Part shown: positions 26,061 through 40,308 of the stretch, piece after piece
Layout: each line of letters begins with the position of its first letter
Numbering within the stretch: the first letter of the stretch is position 1
The notes under the pieces: generated by a model
The model's database searches: none
Told to the model about the DNA's origin: nothing
The model's input: the letters and a program-made list of their open reading frames with translations, nothing else
Translations under genes and position numbers: made by a program
Source of the DNA: Psilocybe cubensis
Lineage: Eukaryota
Assembly: GCA_017499595.2 (NCBI GenBank)
Contig: CM039005.1
Coordinates: 1,674,001-1,738,000 of the forward strand
DNA: 64,000 nucleotides
Reading direction: 5' to 3'

Positions 26061-26620
26061 TTCGTCAGAATTCATCTCCTTCAGCCCGCTTCAAAAGAAA
26101 ATCACTGGCGCATGGTGACTTGAAAATATTGTAGCACGCGATGTATTCAACACTACATGTCATTGTTTGAAATATTTGAAACTGAAGGAGTTTAAATAAA
26201 GATATTCACTGATTATATGGCGCAGTGACGCTTTTGCTCTATCCAGAGCTAAATGATGTCACGACTCGCAGGCAGTTTATTTTTGGTGCGTGCCAATATT
26301 TAAATTCTTGTCAAATGAAGCGGTTGGAAAATACTGTTGCGACTGTCGATTGCCTCATAAACTTGAAGTTATCCAGAAATTTTTCCATCGCCACTACTTG
26401 ATATATTCGTACAGAATTACAGAACCTGCTGTCGAGCACTGCACTGCATTTCTACTCGTCAAGGTAGCAACTGATATAGTTGTAATAAACTGAAGATGTC
26501 CGTCTTTGAATATATGTACGTTTAGGAGTCGTGGAGGCATTATCAAAGACACAACAATGCCTTAGGAGCACATCGGCTTCTTGCCAACCCGAGTGCCCTC
26601 TCCTGAGGAATACCTTACAG

Positions 26621-28019
26621 TCAAGCACTGTTGATATGTCTCAACTCTGCTTCCTTCGTCTCTTCGTATGAATAGAGAAGTCTGCCGGGGTGGAATATGT
26701 TGAGAGTATAGATGGCCAAAATGATCATGGCACCATCTAGGACATCTGTGCATGTGTCCGAGCATTTAATAATTTTCATGAGGAAACATTTGGAGTAAAC
26801 ATACTGAAATAGACTTGAGTTTGGATGATCCTTCCATCCCATCCATCTGCCAACTCGGCGATACGATAGATTGAGCTGGGTTATGCATAAAGTTAGAAAA
26901 GAGCTCATAATCTTGACCTAAACTGGTCTTACCGTATGAAAAACAGAACAGTGCTGAATGCAAGGACATAGGACATGAGCTTTATGTTTGGGGTGAGTCT
27001 CCCTTGGGCACTGCCCAGGATCCCGTCCGATGTGGGCCGGCCTTCGAAGGGACGGTTTGTATTGTATCGATAATAGAACTCGATGGAAAATGCAGAATAC
27101 ACCAAGATGATGACTGATTTCACGTATGGTATGAGTATAGCCAATAACGCACTGGAACAGCCATCGACTACTTACCTAGCTGGAAGATTATCCCGACGAG
27201 CATGATATTCGATCCCTGTATTTTCCATTTAGAATAATTATTAACACGATCGAATAAACAGACTTACCAGCTTAGAACCAGCGTTATCGTTAGAGGAAGC
27301 AGCTATTCCTCCTCCAAGAGCCTGGACAACAAGTGAAATAACATCCTATTTGTCCGGCAAGTCAATTATTGGTAAATCATGAAAAATAGAACGAAGAAAC
27401 CATACACTAGATGTAAAGAAGATTGTGTCTACACAAACATCTTGAGCCTTATTTTTTGTGAAGTGCGAAAAAAGGACTTACAACGCCTTGGAGTGAGACG
27501 GCTAAATGCTGGGCCCAGCCTCTTAATAACGTTCCCGAGAATCACAAAATTTGCAGCCAATAGGGGTGTGGGTGCGATGATTGTACAAGTAATTCTAGGG
27601 GAAATTGTAAGAGAAATGTAGTATTCAAAAATGATCATAACTTACTGCATCTGAAATGCAGAACCATTGAGAGGATTGAAAGAAGACCAAAGCCGCCCAG
27701 ACCATCCTACAAGCTCAATAATTCCACAAAAGCAGGCAGTCCAGAAGAACCACCACAGGCGATGTTTCGTTGCTTGGAAGGCATGCAAGACTATTCATAT
27801 AGCCTTAAGCTTTATGGGCTACAAGTCAAGAAACCTAATGGGCGTACGAGTGGAGGTTGCAAAGAGCAAGATAAAGATGACTGCAGTCGCTCGAGAGGGA
27901 ACATAGCCATAAGGGTTTTCGTGGGCACCATCCGCTGTAGAGAATGAAAATTAAATCAATTACTGCTGAAATCGAGTGCAGAAGAATTTTGGCCTACCTG
28001 ATTGATTATTGCTGGACAT
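26621..28019 (-). CDS. RTA1: RTA1-like lipid-translocating exporter (paralog of 20635-21998)
   Basis: ENPYGYVPSRATAVIF, IIAPTPLLAANF, VQALGGG, IYRRVGRW region read in frame as ELADGWEGRII, VLDGAMIILAIYTLNIFHPG. Confidence 0.92.
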
Positions 28020-28972
28020 CTTGTAGTATTAGGGATAAAAAAGTAGGTTGTGGAAGACTGAAGGTTTTTCAGAATAATGAATCGCTTTTATAGCTCAATA
28101 TCACAAAATCCGCAGACGTCCACACTGCAAAGTAAGACTTCAGCGGAGACTCAGGCTCAAGGCAAGCGATGCTCGTTGGATACGCGAGCGCAGTAGTCGG
28201 GCGATGCCCACTGCAGTAAACGCGACTATAATTAGCATTGAAACTCGCGTCCACCGCGAAGAGCGTCCGCTACTACGCAGTGATTGAGCCTGGTTGAAAT
28301 CAGTCAAGATACTCCTTTTGAGCATTTTTCCAACGTAACAAGAGACAATAGCACGTACTCTTCGACTTGTGGTCGAGCCAAGTCACCTTCCAGAGAAATC
28401 GGATCCAATCCCGGTGGATATAGGTTGGGGTGCCACTCCTACATTATATTAATGTGTTCACAAAACTATTGCAAAGCAGAAAGATGACTTGTACATATCG
28501 GTAGATGCTTTTTATTTGGAAATTCTGTGGATGGCTTGTGTGGACTCACGCGGCTTTGTTCGTGATGTGGCGAATTGGGAGCGAATTGGCAACTTCGGCC
28601 CTTGAATGTTTAGACTCCGGTGGCCACTGTAGTTACTCGCACAGCCTGATTGCCCCATCATTCAAATGCCTATCATTGACAAACACGTCCATCGCGTAAG
28701 GCTGTCAGAAGTTGCTCCTGACGGCTGCTCAGCAGTACGTTCTTTTGAAAATTAGTATAAGATTCGTTGAAGGGAGCTCTCACCATTCTCTCTTTCCAAC
28801 TTTGTTGTTGGGATAAAGCATCTTAGCTCCGTCGATTGGGACTGCTTTGATTTTGTTTGAGTATCACCCTCGTGCTGTCTCGGCGTTGCGACTCCTCTGT
28901 CTCTGCTCTGCGGAACTGCGGCTCTTTTATTGTTTTGTCAACTTATAGAAAAACTCAACACTGTCGGCATTT

Positions 28973-30728
28973 ATGACCATAACAAATATTTCAGGCCTCT
29001 CTTTAGACATCTTCATACACCTCTTTTCCTTTACGCCACCACGAGATGTCATTGTGGGAGCTAGGCGGGTATGTTTTTATCCATTATCAGGGACAACCTG
29101 GTTAAACAAGCTCAGGTATGCCAGAATTGGTACCATGCCTCAATGAATCTCTCGTTGTGGAAAGCTCTGTTTCGGCGCGTGTCTATGGAGAACTCGTTGC
29201 TGATATCAGAATGTGGCATGACTTTGAAAGATTACGAAAATGCAGCGACTGCTCCTGCTCGTTTTCTCTCCAGTTTTCAATCGTCCAACCAGCATGGTAT
29301 TCCACTGAAGGTTTACTCAAGTCATTACATCGATACAGATCTTCTCAGAGACATCCCAGTCTTTTCCGAATCCGTATCCGCGGTATACCTCGTTCCTGGT
29401 GGACAGTTTATGTTAACTCAACATGAAGGCTTCACTTCAGAGATCCATCTTTGGGACCTTGGTGCTCCCGGAAAATCCGACCGAGGTCATGATTTTCAAG
29501 ACCTTTTGCCACTTGCTTCCCTCGAGGACCGTTCCTTTCTCTCGTCTCTCCCAGCTCACCCCACCGGAAATGGGCAAGGAATAATATTGTTTGCCTGCAA
29601 GGACGCGCTTGGAGAGGAAGAAGGGGAATGGTGAGTCTTGCAAGTTTACTATTTTAAGTTGTATGCGTTGGATTTCTGATACCGTCTTTAAGCGAACGAG
29701 ATATTTTTGTCTATGAAATCTATCCAATGTTAGAGGGCGCATCATTTCGTCAAATTGCTACCCAAAGCTATAACTACAGTGCGAATGAAGATCTTTCTTA
29801 CGCGTTTAATCACAACAAGTTGGTCATGTTTGTCGATGAGGGCATTGTCCGTATCTGGGACTACGTTACTAGTACTCAAGCAACATGGTCTGTGCCAATG
29901 TACCCAATAATCAGTAATGTAAGCTTTGACACTTACTCACTCTTGGTTCTTTTTCTGATGTATGTTGAAGATTTTTCTTCGAGGCGAAATAGTTATAATT
30001 CAACATAGCAACTTGGTTTCTCTCTATACAATCCCAGAATTGCATACCCTTGACAGTTCCCTTTCAAGCGATGCACAAAGTTGGGATCCTATCTTCAGCT
30101 CAGAACTCCCTTCTATTCCCCAAATTTCTCCCCAGTTTGAAGTAGAAGCTCCGGATCCCTGGTACAATCAATCAGAACTTCCTATTCATATTGATTCTCT
30201 GATATACTCAGAGGGCGAAGAGCCATACAACCAAAGCCAATCAGCCATTCGCTACCGTCTCTATGTTTCCTCTCTTGTCGATGAATACCTTTCGAATCGT
30301 TCTGCATCACAGCTGCACAACAAAGAATCCGACTTCACTACAATTCCTGCTAGCGACGGCTGTTTAGAGGGATACAGATTCTGTGAAAAACAAATGATCT
30401 CATTCTCGAGTTTTGACAAGGGGTTATCAATTCAAAGGGCTCAAATGGATATTACAAATGTCCCACTTTTGTTAGACCAGCCCCGCATGACAACAGCTGT
30501 ACATCGCTGTCCTCAAAACGAGAAAACTCTGGTCTCGCTGTGTTCGGCGTCAGGGCGTTTTGTCAACTGTCACGCCGAAAGGCTCTTGATTGAGATAGTT
30601 GACTTTCTTCCTCATCCATCTTCTGGTAAGTGATCGATTTATTTCCAATATCCGGCGTAGAGTTTGACACATTGTTATCCTAATTAGAGGGCAAACCTTT
30701 GCCTGAATACGAAAGTGATTCAGACTGA
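28973..30728 (+). CDS. F-box domain protein (paralog of 313-1954)
   Basis: MTITNISGLSLDIFIHLFSFTPPRDVIVGARR|VCQNWYHASMNLSLWK; VYLVPGGQFML...LWDLG; LCSASGRF...IVDF. Confidence 0.8.
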
Positions 30729-32113
30729 AAGGATACCATTTACACCCAATTCAGGTAGTTGTCAGTCATGGGTTGGCATGAAAATGACCAACGGTGGATA
30801 TACCTTCCAGAGCGAGTTCGTGGAATACATTGATATTGACGCACTGGAAACTGCTTTTAATTATTGACACTAGGTACTTGATGTCCACGTAGTTTTGAAT
30901 ATATATGACAACGTTCTCTACCCATGTCATATCCAAATGAAATGTGATGAAGGATCTGGATCATGCATTGCAAGCGGAGTCATTGTAAATCTTTTTAAAC
31001 ATCAATATGATGGTCCTACTCATTTCCTCTATGCAACCTGAAGTAAACCTAGGATATATCATGTGAAATTTAAGTTAGTTTTTCGTGAGTAGACCGGAGT
31101 ACGTTTGGCTCGAATATAGGTCTCTCACTCCAGGGAGCACAGGGAGGGAGGTCATCCAAGGTTCGGAACACAATCTGTACGGTCATGATTAAGTCCTGTG
31201 CCAAGCTCTTGGAAGTTTCCGGCAATTGATCGGCAGCATCTACATTACATAATCAACATTTGACGACCAATGCTGCCCGCTGGCCTCAGGCAGCTGGTCT
31301 TTTCGATTTGTATCAACGCATTCTCGTCGTCTCCGCAAAGTTCCAAATTCAACAACTTTTTTCTCAAATTTATATGCACAGGACCTTCTAAACTCATTGG
31401 ATTAACATCCAGACATGCAGTCGTTTGCCCTTGACGACGCTTTGTTTCAAGTCCATTCAACTTTGTATACATCGACGGCCACATCCTTCTTGCTCCCTCC
31501 ACAATCTTTCGAGGCAAATTCACCAGGTCCCACATAGACAACTATAATATGACGATTTGAAACTCCATTTTCTGGGATTCTGTCACATCATGCTGTCAAT
31601 CGTCACTCGGTATCCACAGAGATATTGGAGAGACAGTTCCCAACTGTCCTGCCAGTGTGGGACAGACATATTCGGTCTTCTTTGATGAGAGTGAAATGTG
31701 CAGCGATACTGCCACGAAACCTGTAAATGTGGTATGGCGTCCCGATTAACAGGTTTCTACTATTTGCATCCGCTGCTTCTGGCGCCATGGTCTGCAAATG
31801 CACAGGCATTTACGTTTTATTATACTCTTGTTCGTGGAGTCTTCAAGTTGGCTCTATCCCTTCCGTCTACCTGGAAAGTTGTGGATTGTGGCGCTCTCAT
31901 GAGTCGTGGCTAGAATACGGATTGATATTTCTGCCATCCTGGTTGACTTATACATCAAAGATGCCACACATCGACCAGGGATTAGTGTTTAGGTTCTTTT
32001 TTTATAAAGTAAGTGAAAACCATATATACATTTTTACTTCTTGACTATCCCTTCGCTTCCCTGGTTTACTTCGGTCTGTTTGCATGCATTCACACTGGTA
32101 TTGAATACCCGTG

Positions 32114-33844
32114 ATGGCTACCGCAGTTGCGACCCATGAAAATGTGTCGGAAGAACAAATGTAGGTATTTTAAATTACTTCTGCAGACTGTCCAGGAATC
32201 TCATTTCTGCTAGTTTCATTTACAACTGCGTTTTATGCGCTTCGTTTAGTAAGCACTTATGTTGTATGCTTTTCTGTGCGAGACTGACTCAAAGGATTGC
32301 TTTCAGTCATACTGTACTACGATTACCTTCTTACCTTTCCAGACGAGATCGACTTCTACTGGAGGCCTAAATTCAACTTCGCCCTTGGATTTATACTGTT
32401 CTTTGTGAACCGATATGTGGTCACTCTAGGGCATATTCCCGTCATCTTGTTTTACTTCTGGAACTGGTCTGCGGTACCTGATCGTTTTCAGGTACTTCTT
32501 TGTTTTTTATTTGAAGTAATAGCCCTTCTAACTTTCCTTAGACGTAAGGCTACAGTTCCCCATATATAAAAGGACACACTCATATCAATAAACTGTGCCA
32601 GGTGTTTGTATATAAATTACTACAACCAATATCTCATAGTTGTCATGCAGGTCATCATCGGGAGTAAGCACCACTATTTTGTTAGTGAGAGTAACTTGAA
32701 AACTGATGATACGAGTACAGTTATTTCAATTATTAGGACTTGGGCATTGTTTCAACAAAGCCGTCGAGTTTTAGCTACGTTGTGTATCCTCGCTATCGGA
32801 GTCATCGTCTTTGGAGTGGCATGTTTATATAGCTCTTCCATTGCCAGAAGTACTAACTCCTGTACTGAAGAATGCGATGGTCGTGGAACAAAAGATCACA
32901 GAGACTCAGACAAAGTCTGTTCTTCTTTCTGTTGGATGTATTTTACCACATCCGGACAAAAGGTACACAATTAATATATTCATCTTTAGTCATCCATGTC
33001 ATATCATAATACGTGCAGTGCGCTCAAATTTCCCTTTTTTGCATTATGCAATACTGTTGCTCAAATTCCTGATCCGCGGGGGCTCAAAATGTAGGAATTG
33101 CCGAAGCATGGATTGCATTGGTCGTTTTCGATACCGTTATCTTTGCATTAACCCTTTATCAATCTCTAAAAATCAAACGGAATGGATACACCATCATTCA
33201 CATTCTTATACGAGATGGTATGCTTTTTCGTTTGACAAAGTATCACTCTGACGATAGTCTCTCCACTGCTCAAGGCGCCATATATTTTGGGTTGGTCTCA
33301 GTCCAGCTACACAGAATACAAGTACCCGACAAGTTACTAACATGATTACATGTAGGGTTATGGTGCTAGCATCTACCTCCGTCATTATGTCTTTCTATGT
33401 AAGTAGGATATTTGCTACAAAACCTGCAGTACACGTTAAAGACGATATGGTCAAACCGTAGCTTTTGCCGGTGAGTCGCTTCTGGATAATCTGAGCTTTC
33501 ATTCATTCTGAATGATGATAGTCGTATATTCGAGGAATAACGGCCACCTTAACCAACATGTGCGTATCCCGTTTGTATTCGAGAGTCTATATCTTAATCG
33601 CAGGAATATGCTCATTCCAATCTATAGCTTATCCTCTTCCATGATTTCCCGTTTGATGATCAACCTCAGAGACCCATCCTCAGGATCAAGCTATTGGTCG
33701 CGATATCATGACCAAACCCTCATGTCTACCCTATTTTTTGGACCTGGAATCAGCGGGCTAACAGAAATTTCTGACACATCTACCTATGAAGATACGAAAG
33801 AGATGGATGATACGCAATACAGTGAAGAGCCAGGCACGTATTGA
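32114..33844 (+). CDS. DUF6533-type multi-pass membrane protein (Agaricomycete 7TM-like family), many small exons
   Basis: LYYDYLLTFPDEIDFYW...FFVNRY, IRTWALF, VFDTVIFALT...ILIRDG, MISRLMINLR. Confidence 0.88.
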
Positions 33845-34724
33845 ATATATATTAGGTCATTGGTATAAGCTCATGGATCATTCATTTTTAGTTGAGGAAA
33901 CTGTCTAATCGAAAGATCTCCACAGCGATCTCCGCTCATGAACTTGACCGGGCATCTGATATTGTATAATATGGACGACACTTGGATGCGAAAATGTACC
34001 CGATAACCAACGCAAACTATGTACTGCGCTGCTACATATTGATTTCTGTGCAGACAATGAATGTATTTCTAGAATTATAGGGTGTTGCTTTCGACTCGGA
34101 TTACAGAAGCTGGTAAGCAGTTGACTTGTAATGGTTATAGTGTTTTCGATCCCAAATAAAAAAGTCGGCGGACACTGGAAGTTATTAAGTCTCATCTTGA
34201 TTCTCAACACAACACCTTGTCATACGCTTTACGCTGAATGCTTGACATCAATGACATGACACATCAATTCTAATGACTTTATTAGTTTTACGCATGTGTC
34301 ACGTTGGTAAACGCGTTGCGCCCTATACGCGACAAGGGGCAACTTCCCAGGTCGGCGGACACATATACTTTTAGGGCCGTACGGTGCATAATCACGAAAC
34401 CTGACCCAACGTTATGTCCATGTAATGCACAGTACTTTGTACAAGTGTTTAAAAAGTAGCAAAGTGTAACCGAATTTAAGACGTATGTGGTGTCATGATT
34501 ACAAACGAAATTATAAATGACTGAATATCCCAGTAAAGAATAGGTAATGCCATGTAGTATCATAGTGTACGGATGTATGTGTGTCGATGCGAGCGAATAT
34601 GTGTACAAGTGAGTGCAATTGCAAAGGCAAGCAAAAAAGAGGCGATGAACGTGAAGCCAGGGGAAGTGAATGGAGTTCGTGTGATAAAATGCTGAAGTGA
34701 AAAAAAAACTGATGTGTGTGGCGA

Positions 34725-35514
34725 TTATAAGGGATTATATTTCCATGCTTCGCTGAAGTGTCGAGCCTGTGGCATTTTGATGAAATTTTCATCGTGTTGT
34801 TCGACGGGCGGTGCTTTTGGTGGGGCTACAATCTGCTCGTGATACTTTGCGTATATCGCGGACAAATCAAGATTGAAGCCGAGTTCTTGATTGAGTTTCG
34901 CAGCATGTCTGGTAGATTTGATAATGCGCTGGATAGCTGCACCGATATCCAAGAGCTGCTGTGTAATGTTGGGATCCCCGACCTTCCGTAGGCAAGCTAT
35001 TTCGAGGTGCCGGCGTCGCATTTGGAGTTGATCATAAATTGACATAAGCCGACAGTATTCTCCTGCGAGGTAGCTAGGGGTATATGATGCCTAGGCTTGA
35101 TGTCAGGCGTGTATTCGAAGGAAGTGAATAATCAACACATACAGGAAGGGTGATTAGTGGATCTGGCGACTCGGATTTGTGTAAGCCACGAGATGCGATG
35201 AACGTTTGATATGTGTCAGACACCGTCAAGGAACTTGAGGGGTTCTCATGAGCAACTCCGGGGACGAGAATGTCAGACGATGATGGCTCGGGTAGATTGC
35301 AACCACGATCATACGATTCTCGAGATCGAATGGATGATACTGGTCGAGCATAGGGTTTTTGGTGTCGAGCCTTCTGCTTTACGCTGTTCATTTTGCCGCC
35401 GTGTGGTTCCGTGCAGTGTGAATCGACTCGCGCTCGCCATGAAAAAATACGTTCCATCAAGTCCGGATGGCAGAACTTGCTGCATAGCCCCTGAGGCAAA
35501 GGTTGGGAAGGCAT
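34725..35514 (-). CDS. Hypothetical protein (2 or more exons)
   Basis: Two adjacent minus-strand ORFs (146 and 106 aa) with plausible coding composition; no recognisable domain. Confidence 0.4.
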
Positions 35515-35733
35515 CGAATAGTGGTTGGAAGTTATTCCACTAATGTGGAACTCAAGCCTTTATCAGGGTTATGCTCATTCCTTGAAACCAGCGATGATCC
35601 AGCTGGCAGCGAGAGTGGAACAAAGAAAGAAAGTGGCATGACACAAAGCAGCCTGGTCGAGTTATATATGAAGTACGTCACATACCAATTACAATTACGA
35701 GATGGTTCCAGGTAATGCTAACCATGTTGCGAG

Positions 35734-36207
35734 CTAGTTGACCCTGCCGGAATGCAAGAAAACGGCGATGGCGTAAACCAGGTTGCTGGCCGAGCCAAAC
35801 CAATAAATAACATGGCACTTTGGGTTGTCAATCTGAATACACGTGGGGTCATCAGAGAGGAGAAGCGATCTTGTCAACTCGAATAGATCAGCGAAGTTGT
35901 GTTCTAAATCGTCGTTGTTCAGGCTAGCGGATATGCGTATCTTGTGCACATCATGAGTAATCGGCTATGTACGCATTCTTGAGGTCGAGGCAAGTTCAGG
36001 CAAACTTGTCATCAGATTTTTCAAAAGAGACTTGGCGATGTTGAGAAATTCCGACCCCAATGGCAACATTCTATGCTGCTCTGCGAACGGAATTCCGAGA
36101 GGAGCCGGTTGGAACAGAGTGATGACGGGTAGAAGTCTTCCAAAGGTTTCCTTCTCGCCGGTAAATTTTGCTTCGGTTAAGCGGTTCGGCAAGTCGGGAT
36201 GATCCAC
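35734..36207 (-). CDS. Possible small hypothetical protein or gene fragment
   Basis: Two consecutive minus-strand ORFs (80 and 71 aa) with globular-like composition; splicing unclear. Confidence 0.25.
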
Positions 36208-36566
36208 TTCTAGTCAATTTTCACACCTGTTTCGACATTCAACTCACCCCTATACAGATACACTAGCACACTTAGAGCGGTCATATCAAAGTTGAAATGC
36301 GAGTGGCATAAAATGTGGCCCCACAGGACGGGTGCACGTTGACCCAAACCACTTGAAAAATTTAGATAGATAACAAATTTGACGCGGTTGTTTACAGGTT
36401 TAAATAACCAAAGGAAATAAGGTCCTTTGAGCGGTAAAAATCAAAGAGATCTTAACAAAATATCACACCAGACCAGTTAGGGGTACTGCAGAAAAAACAT
36501 GATGGTAAGCGATGCAAGGGTCTGATATTACCCTGACGCAGTCTCTATGCCGTATAGCAGAAAATA

Positions 36567-38649
36567 TCATTGAGCGTCCTGGATGATAGTGGCGGCCGCT
36601 TTTTCAGATATCATGTAGACTGCGGCAACGATGTAGAGACTAGGAATGTTTGGAAACACGCTGGCGTCCACAACTCGAAGGCCCGAGACACCTTTGACAC
36701 GGAATTTCGAGTCCAGCACAGAAGTTGTTATGTCGTCATCTGCGCCAATGGGAACTGAACAACTTGCGTGATGACCCCAGGCTTCGTCCCTAATCCATTG
36801 CTTCACGTCAGCTTCGCTTTGAATGGCTGGCCCGGGGATCTCTTCAGTGAAAAAACCGTCAAGTGGAAGTGCAGATTTGAACATCTTCCGAGCAAGCTGC
36901 ACGCCTTCGAACGACGCTTGCGCGTCAAGATCCCCGCCCACTGTATAACTCTTGAAGCTGATCTGAGGAGTATCCCTTGGGTCACTCGATCGAAGGGTGA
37001 CTGTGCCTGCGTTATTCCGACTATGAGCTTTGAGCACCAACCACGTCCAGTGCCGACTGTCGGCGTTTGTGCGATTTGAGTAGCCAGGGAAATAGCCATG
37101 GAAGTTCGCTGGTACACCTGCAATAATAATATCGGCCTCCGTCGGTGCAGAGACGCTTGTTTGCTGCACAATGCCTAACGCGTACCCATTGGATGCGTAT
37201 AGACCGTGGTCAAGCGAATTATCGCGCCATTGAATGAAGCAGGGATCATCCGTGGTGTTGAGGAATGTGCAGCCAGCTAGATCAACAAAGCCGCTGTCTG
37301 CTGAGCCAACAACGCCGACTTCGTATCTGTCCTGCATGTTGGTGCCGACCGCGGGCGAGTCGAGCACGACAGGAATATCAAACTGAGAGAGTTCATCAGC
37401 TGGACCGATACCAGAAAGCTTTAAGAGCTGTGGAGTGTTGAATGTTCCTCCCGACAAAATTACTTCGCGATTGGCGAAGAAAGTCCCGGAGCCAGTTGGA
37501 TTCGCCCCGTCAGAATTTGGATCGGCTCGGTATAGGTGGCTTCCCTGGAGATACTCCACACCTATTGCACGGGGAGTCCCAGAAGTGGAGTTGGTATCGA
37601 AGATAACCCGCGTCACAAGGGTATTGAGTTCAATGTCGAGTTTGAATTGTTTGCTGCCGTCCGCATTTACGGCATTAGCGGTGTCCAATATTAGTTTACG
37701 TTGGCTCGAACGCGTCTTGGGTCCGTTGGAAACAGAAATAGGAACCTGGTAAAGTCCTGTAGTTGTATCTCGTGTAGGTGAGTCGTTGTTGAGATCCGTA
37801 ATCAGGACTTGGGCTAAGCCGCTGAGTGTTGATAATAAACTGCCGAGTAGACCTTGACCCATCGCGGTGGCAGCGCCTTGCACAAGACTCAACACTTTCG
37901 TGTCCTTGAGAACAAGATTGAGGCTGGTGAGCGAGGTGTCAAGCCAACCAGCAAATCCATGGCCCGATGTTCCCGGCAAGACATATTGGTTGTTTTCTAA
38001 TTTCTCCCAGAATTGACGCATATTGGCAGCACTCCACGATGAGTCTCCAGTGATGGTCGCAATATTATTCCAGTCGCTTTCAGCAGGATATATCATCACC
38101 ATGGCATTGTGTTCCGCACACCCACCCAAGGTTCCTGTCCTGGGATAGTAAATCCCAAGAGGTTCGCTTCCAGCAGGAGGATTTGGGCCAACAAAGAAAC
38201 GACCATCGGGTTGCTTCCAGGTAAATTTTGAGTCGCGTTGGGCTGTTGCAGGGTCATCGTAGTGCGAGACAAAAAATTGCCAGTGAATTGGCGTATACTC
38301 GGAAGCCTGGGCGTTCAACGCAGGCACCCGAACAAAATCGTCGTCACCATTATCGTCTCCGGCATCAACCAACAGGACAGAAAAACCTGCTTGAGCTAGT
38401 CGAGCAGCCAGCGGACCCCCGCCAGGGCCAGACCCAACTATGATATAATCCCATGTATTGGTAGACGAATCATTAGCGGCACGGGGTTCTCGTTGGTTTA
38501 TTGAGGCTGCATTGACATACAGGAGGTGCCTTGGGATATATCAGACGTCTAATCTTCTTAAAACAGAGTAATTCAAGTACTCACCAACACAGAAAGTAGA
38601 TGAAGGATAAACAGGACAAGGAACCTTTGAAGCACCCCATTGCACGCAT
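36567..38649 (-). CDS. Secreted GMC oxidoreductase (CAZy AA3), one intron
   Basis: Rossmann motif WDYIIVGSGPGGGPLAARLA, YPRTGTLGGCAEHN, EVILSGGTFNTPQLLKLSGIGP, catalytic WGHHAS, GLRVVDASVFP; signal-like first exon. Confidence 0.95.
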
Positions 38650-40308
38650 TTATTCGTTGACTAGTCAAATCTAAAGAATTGACCACTCGGGTAAGCGTCA
38701 AAGAGTTACTACGATCTTATTGCTCACCGCTGGCAGATCGAGAGCAAGCCTTTCACTTAGACTCTGATACTGTCAAAGCCACGGGCGTAAACGAACAGGT
38801 TAATGGGCAGCGTGGTTTATAAAGCATCATCGCCAACTTTTTTCATGTGAGTTTGGTACAGAATAGAAATGATCAACTGCTCACCAAAGTATTCAGAATC
38901 CCGGGGTGGTCCTAATGAACGCCAAAAACTTTCTCATGGAAATCTAACCCTGACTTGACAGTAACCTAGTGTTCCAAATTTTTTCTTCGACCGAGGCATG
39001 AAAGCGAAACTCGAAAGACGAAATTAGGCGTAAAATGTGTCCTGTTCCCTGAAGTTTAGGATGAAGCCTCTGTCCATAGCACGGTTCTGAGCGCAAATAT
39101 CAGGTTATTTCTCGTGTAAATATTCCCACTATGTGTCCTAAATTCATCAGAGAAGCACCTTTCATCTTAGTATGTTTTAAGAACAGGACGCAAAACATAG
39201 CTCACAGAAGGACGTCAAAAAAACGTCAAAAAAGTCCGTTTTGCCGTCCATCTTCTATCGGTTAGAAGAGTGTAGCATGTTTGCATGATCCAAATTACGC
39301 CTGATTGCTTTCGATATGTTGTTTGAAGGTATAAAATTTGTCCCGGCTGGTAGTTGCTTGTGCCAGGATATGTACGCGTAACACAAGAGAGGCCAAGCAC
39401 GTGTCACGATTTGTTGACAGCGAAAACTTCCATTCAAATTCCCCGTTGATTGATTAGAAGCTGAGCTCTCAGCTCACATTTACCTGCCAAAATTCTACGT
39501 ATAATTCACAGTCTATTTATCTGTCCAGTGATTTTGCACCTTTTCCGGAATTACAAGTTCCTACCGCATTATAAGTAGCCAAGTGACCATATGGGCCCTT
39601 CGGTTCATTGCAAGTTTGAACTCTGATTTCCAATGGAATGACATCTCTTGTTCACTGCCAGAAAATCTCAACCCGCAGTCGGCCCTTTCGCTATGACAAA
39701 TTTTCGGTCTGAAACCATATATCTACTGCATATACATGCGTTCACGTTGAGAAATCCACTCTCGCTAAGAAATCTCATGGAACTTCCAAAGGATGCTGAG
39801 TATACAAATACAAAGCCAGGTTCGTCCAGTGTGTCCAAACTTCCACTCTGAGAGTGAAAAACTTAAATACAGCTTCTTTTGTACATGCCAGATGCACTGG
39901 AATGAGGATAATCAGTCCTCCCGTACCATCAAGTCTGAATGCATTCGAGTCCACCTTTAGATCAATTCAATTTTTATTTGACCACTAACAATGATTTCAA
40001 AGGTACCATATATGTGCCCATCATCTCAAAGGTCTCAACCGGAAATAACATGTAGTCCACATTGGGACTGCGCCATTCCTGCGGGAATTTGAGGTTGATT
40101 TAATTGTTCAAACAAGGTGTTGGATCTCTTCCGAAACCAGTGGAAACAACGGTGCAGTGACATTGACTTTCGTTAAAAGCATTGATTCAGAATTAGATTA
40201 ATCATAAATAGTACGAAAAAGCTACAATATATCAACTCAATGATATGTTGAAAAGGATACTTTAATTTCTTTTGTTACCTATAAACCACCACAAAGACGC
40301 CCCCCCTT

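Noticed and set aside
31245-31809. Two minus-strand ORFs (98 and 68 aa), possible gene remnant
   Set aside because: No domain match by eye and no convincing splice model.
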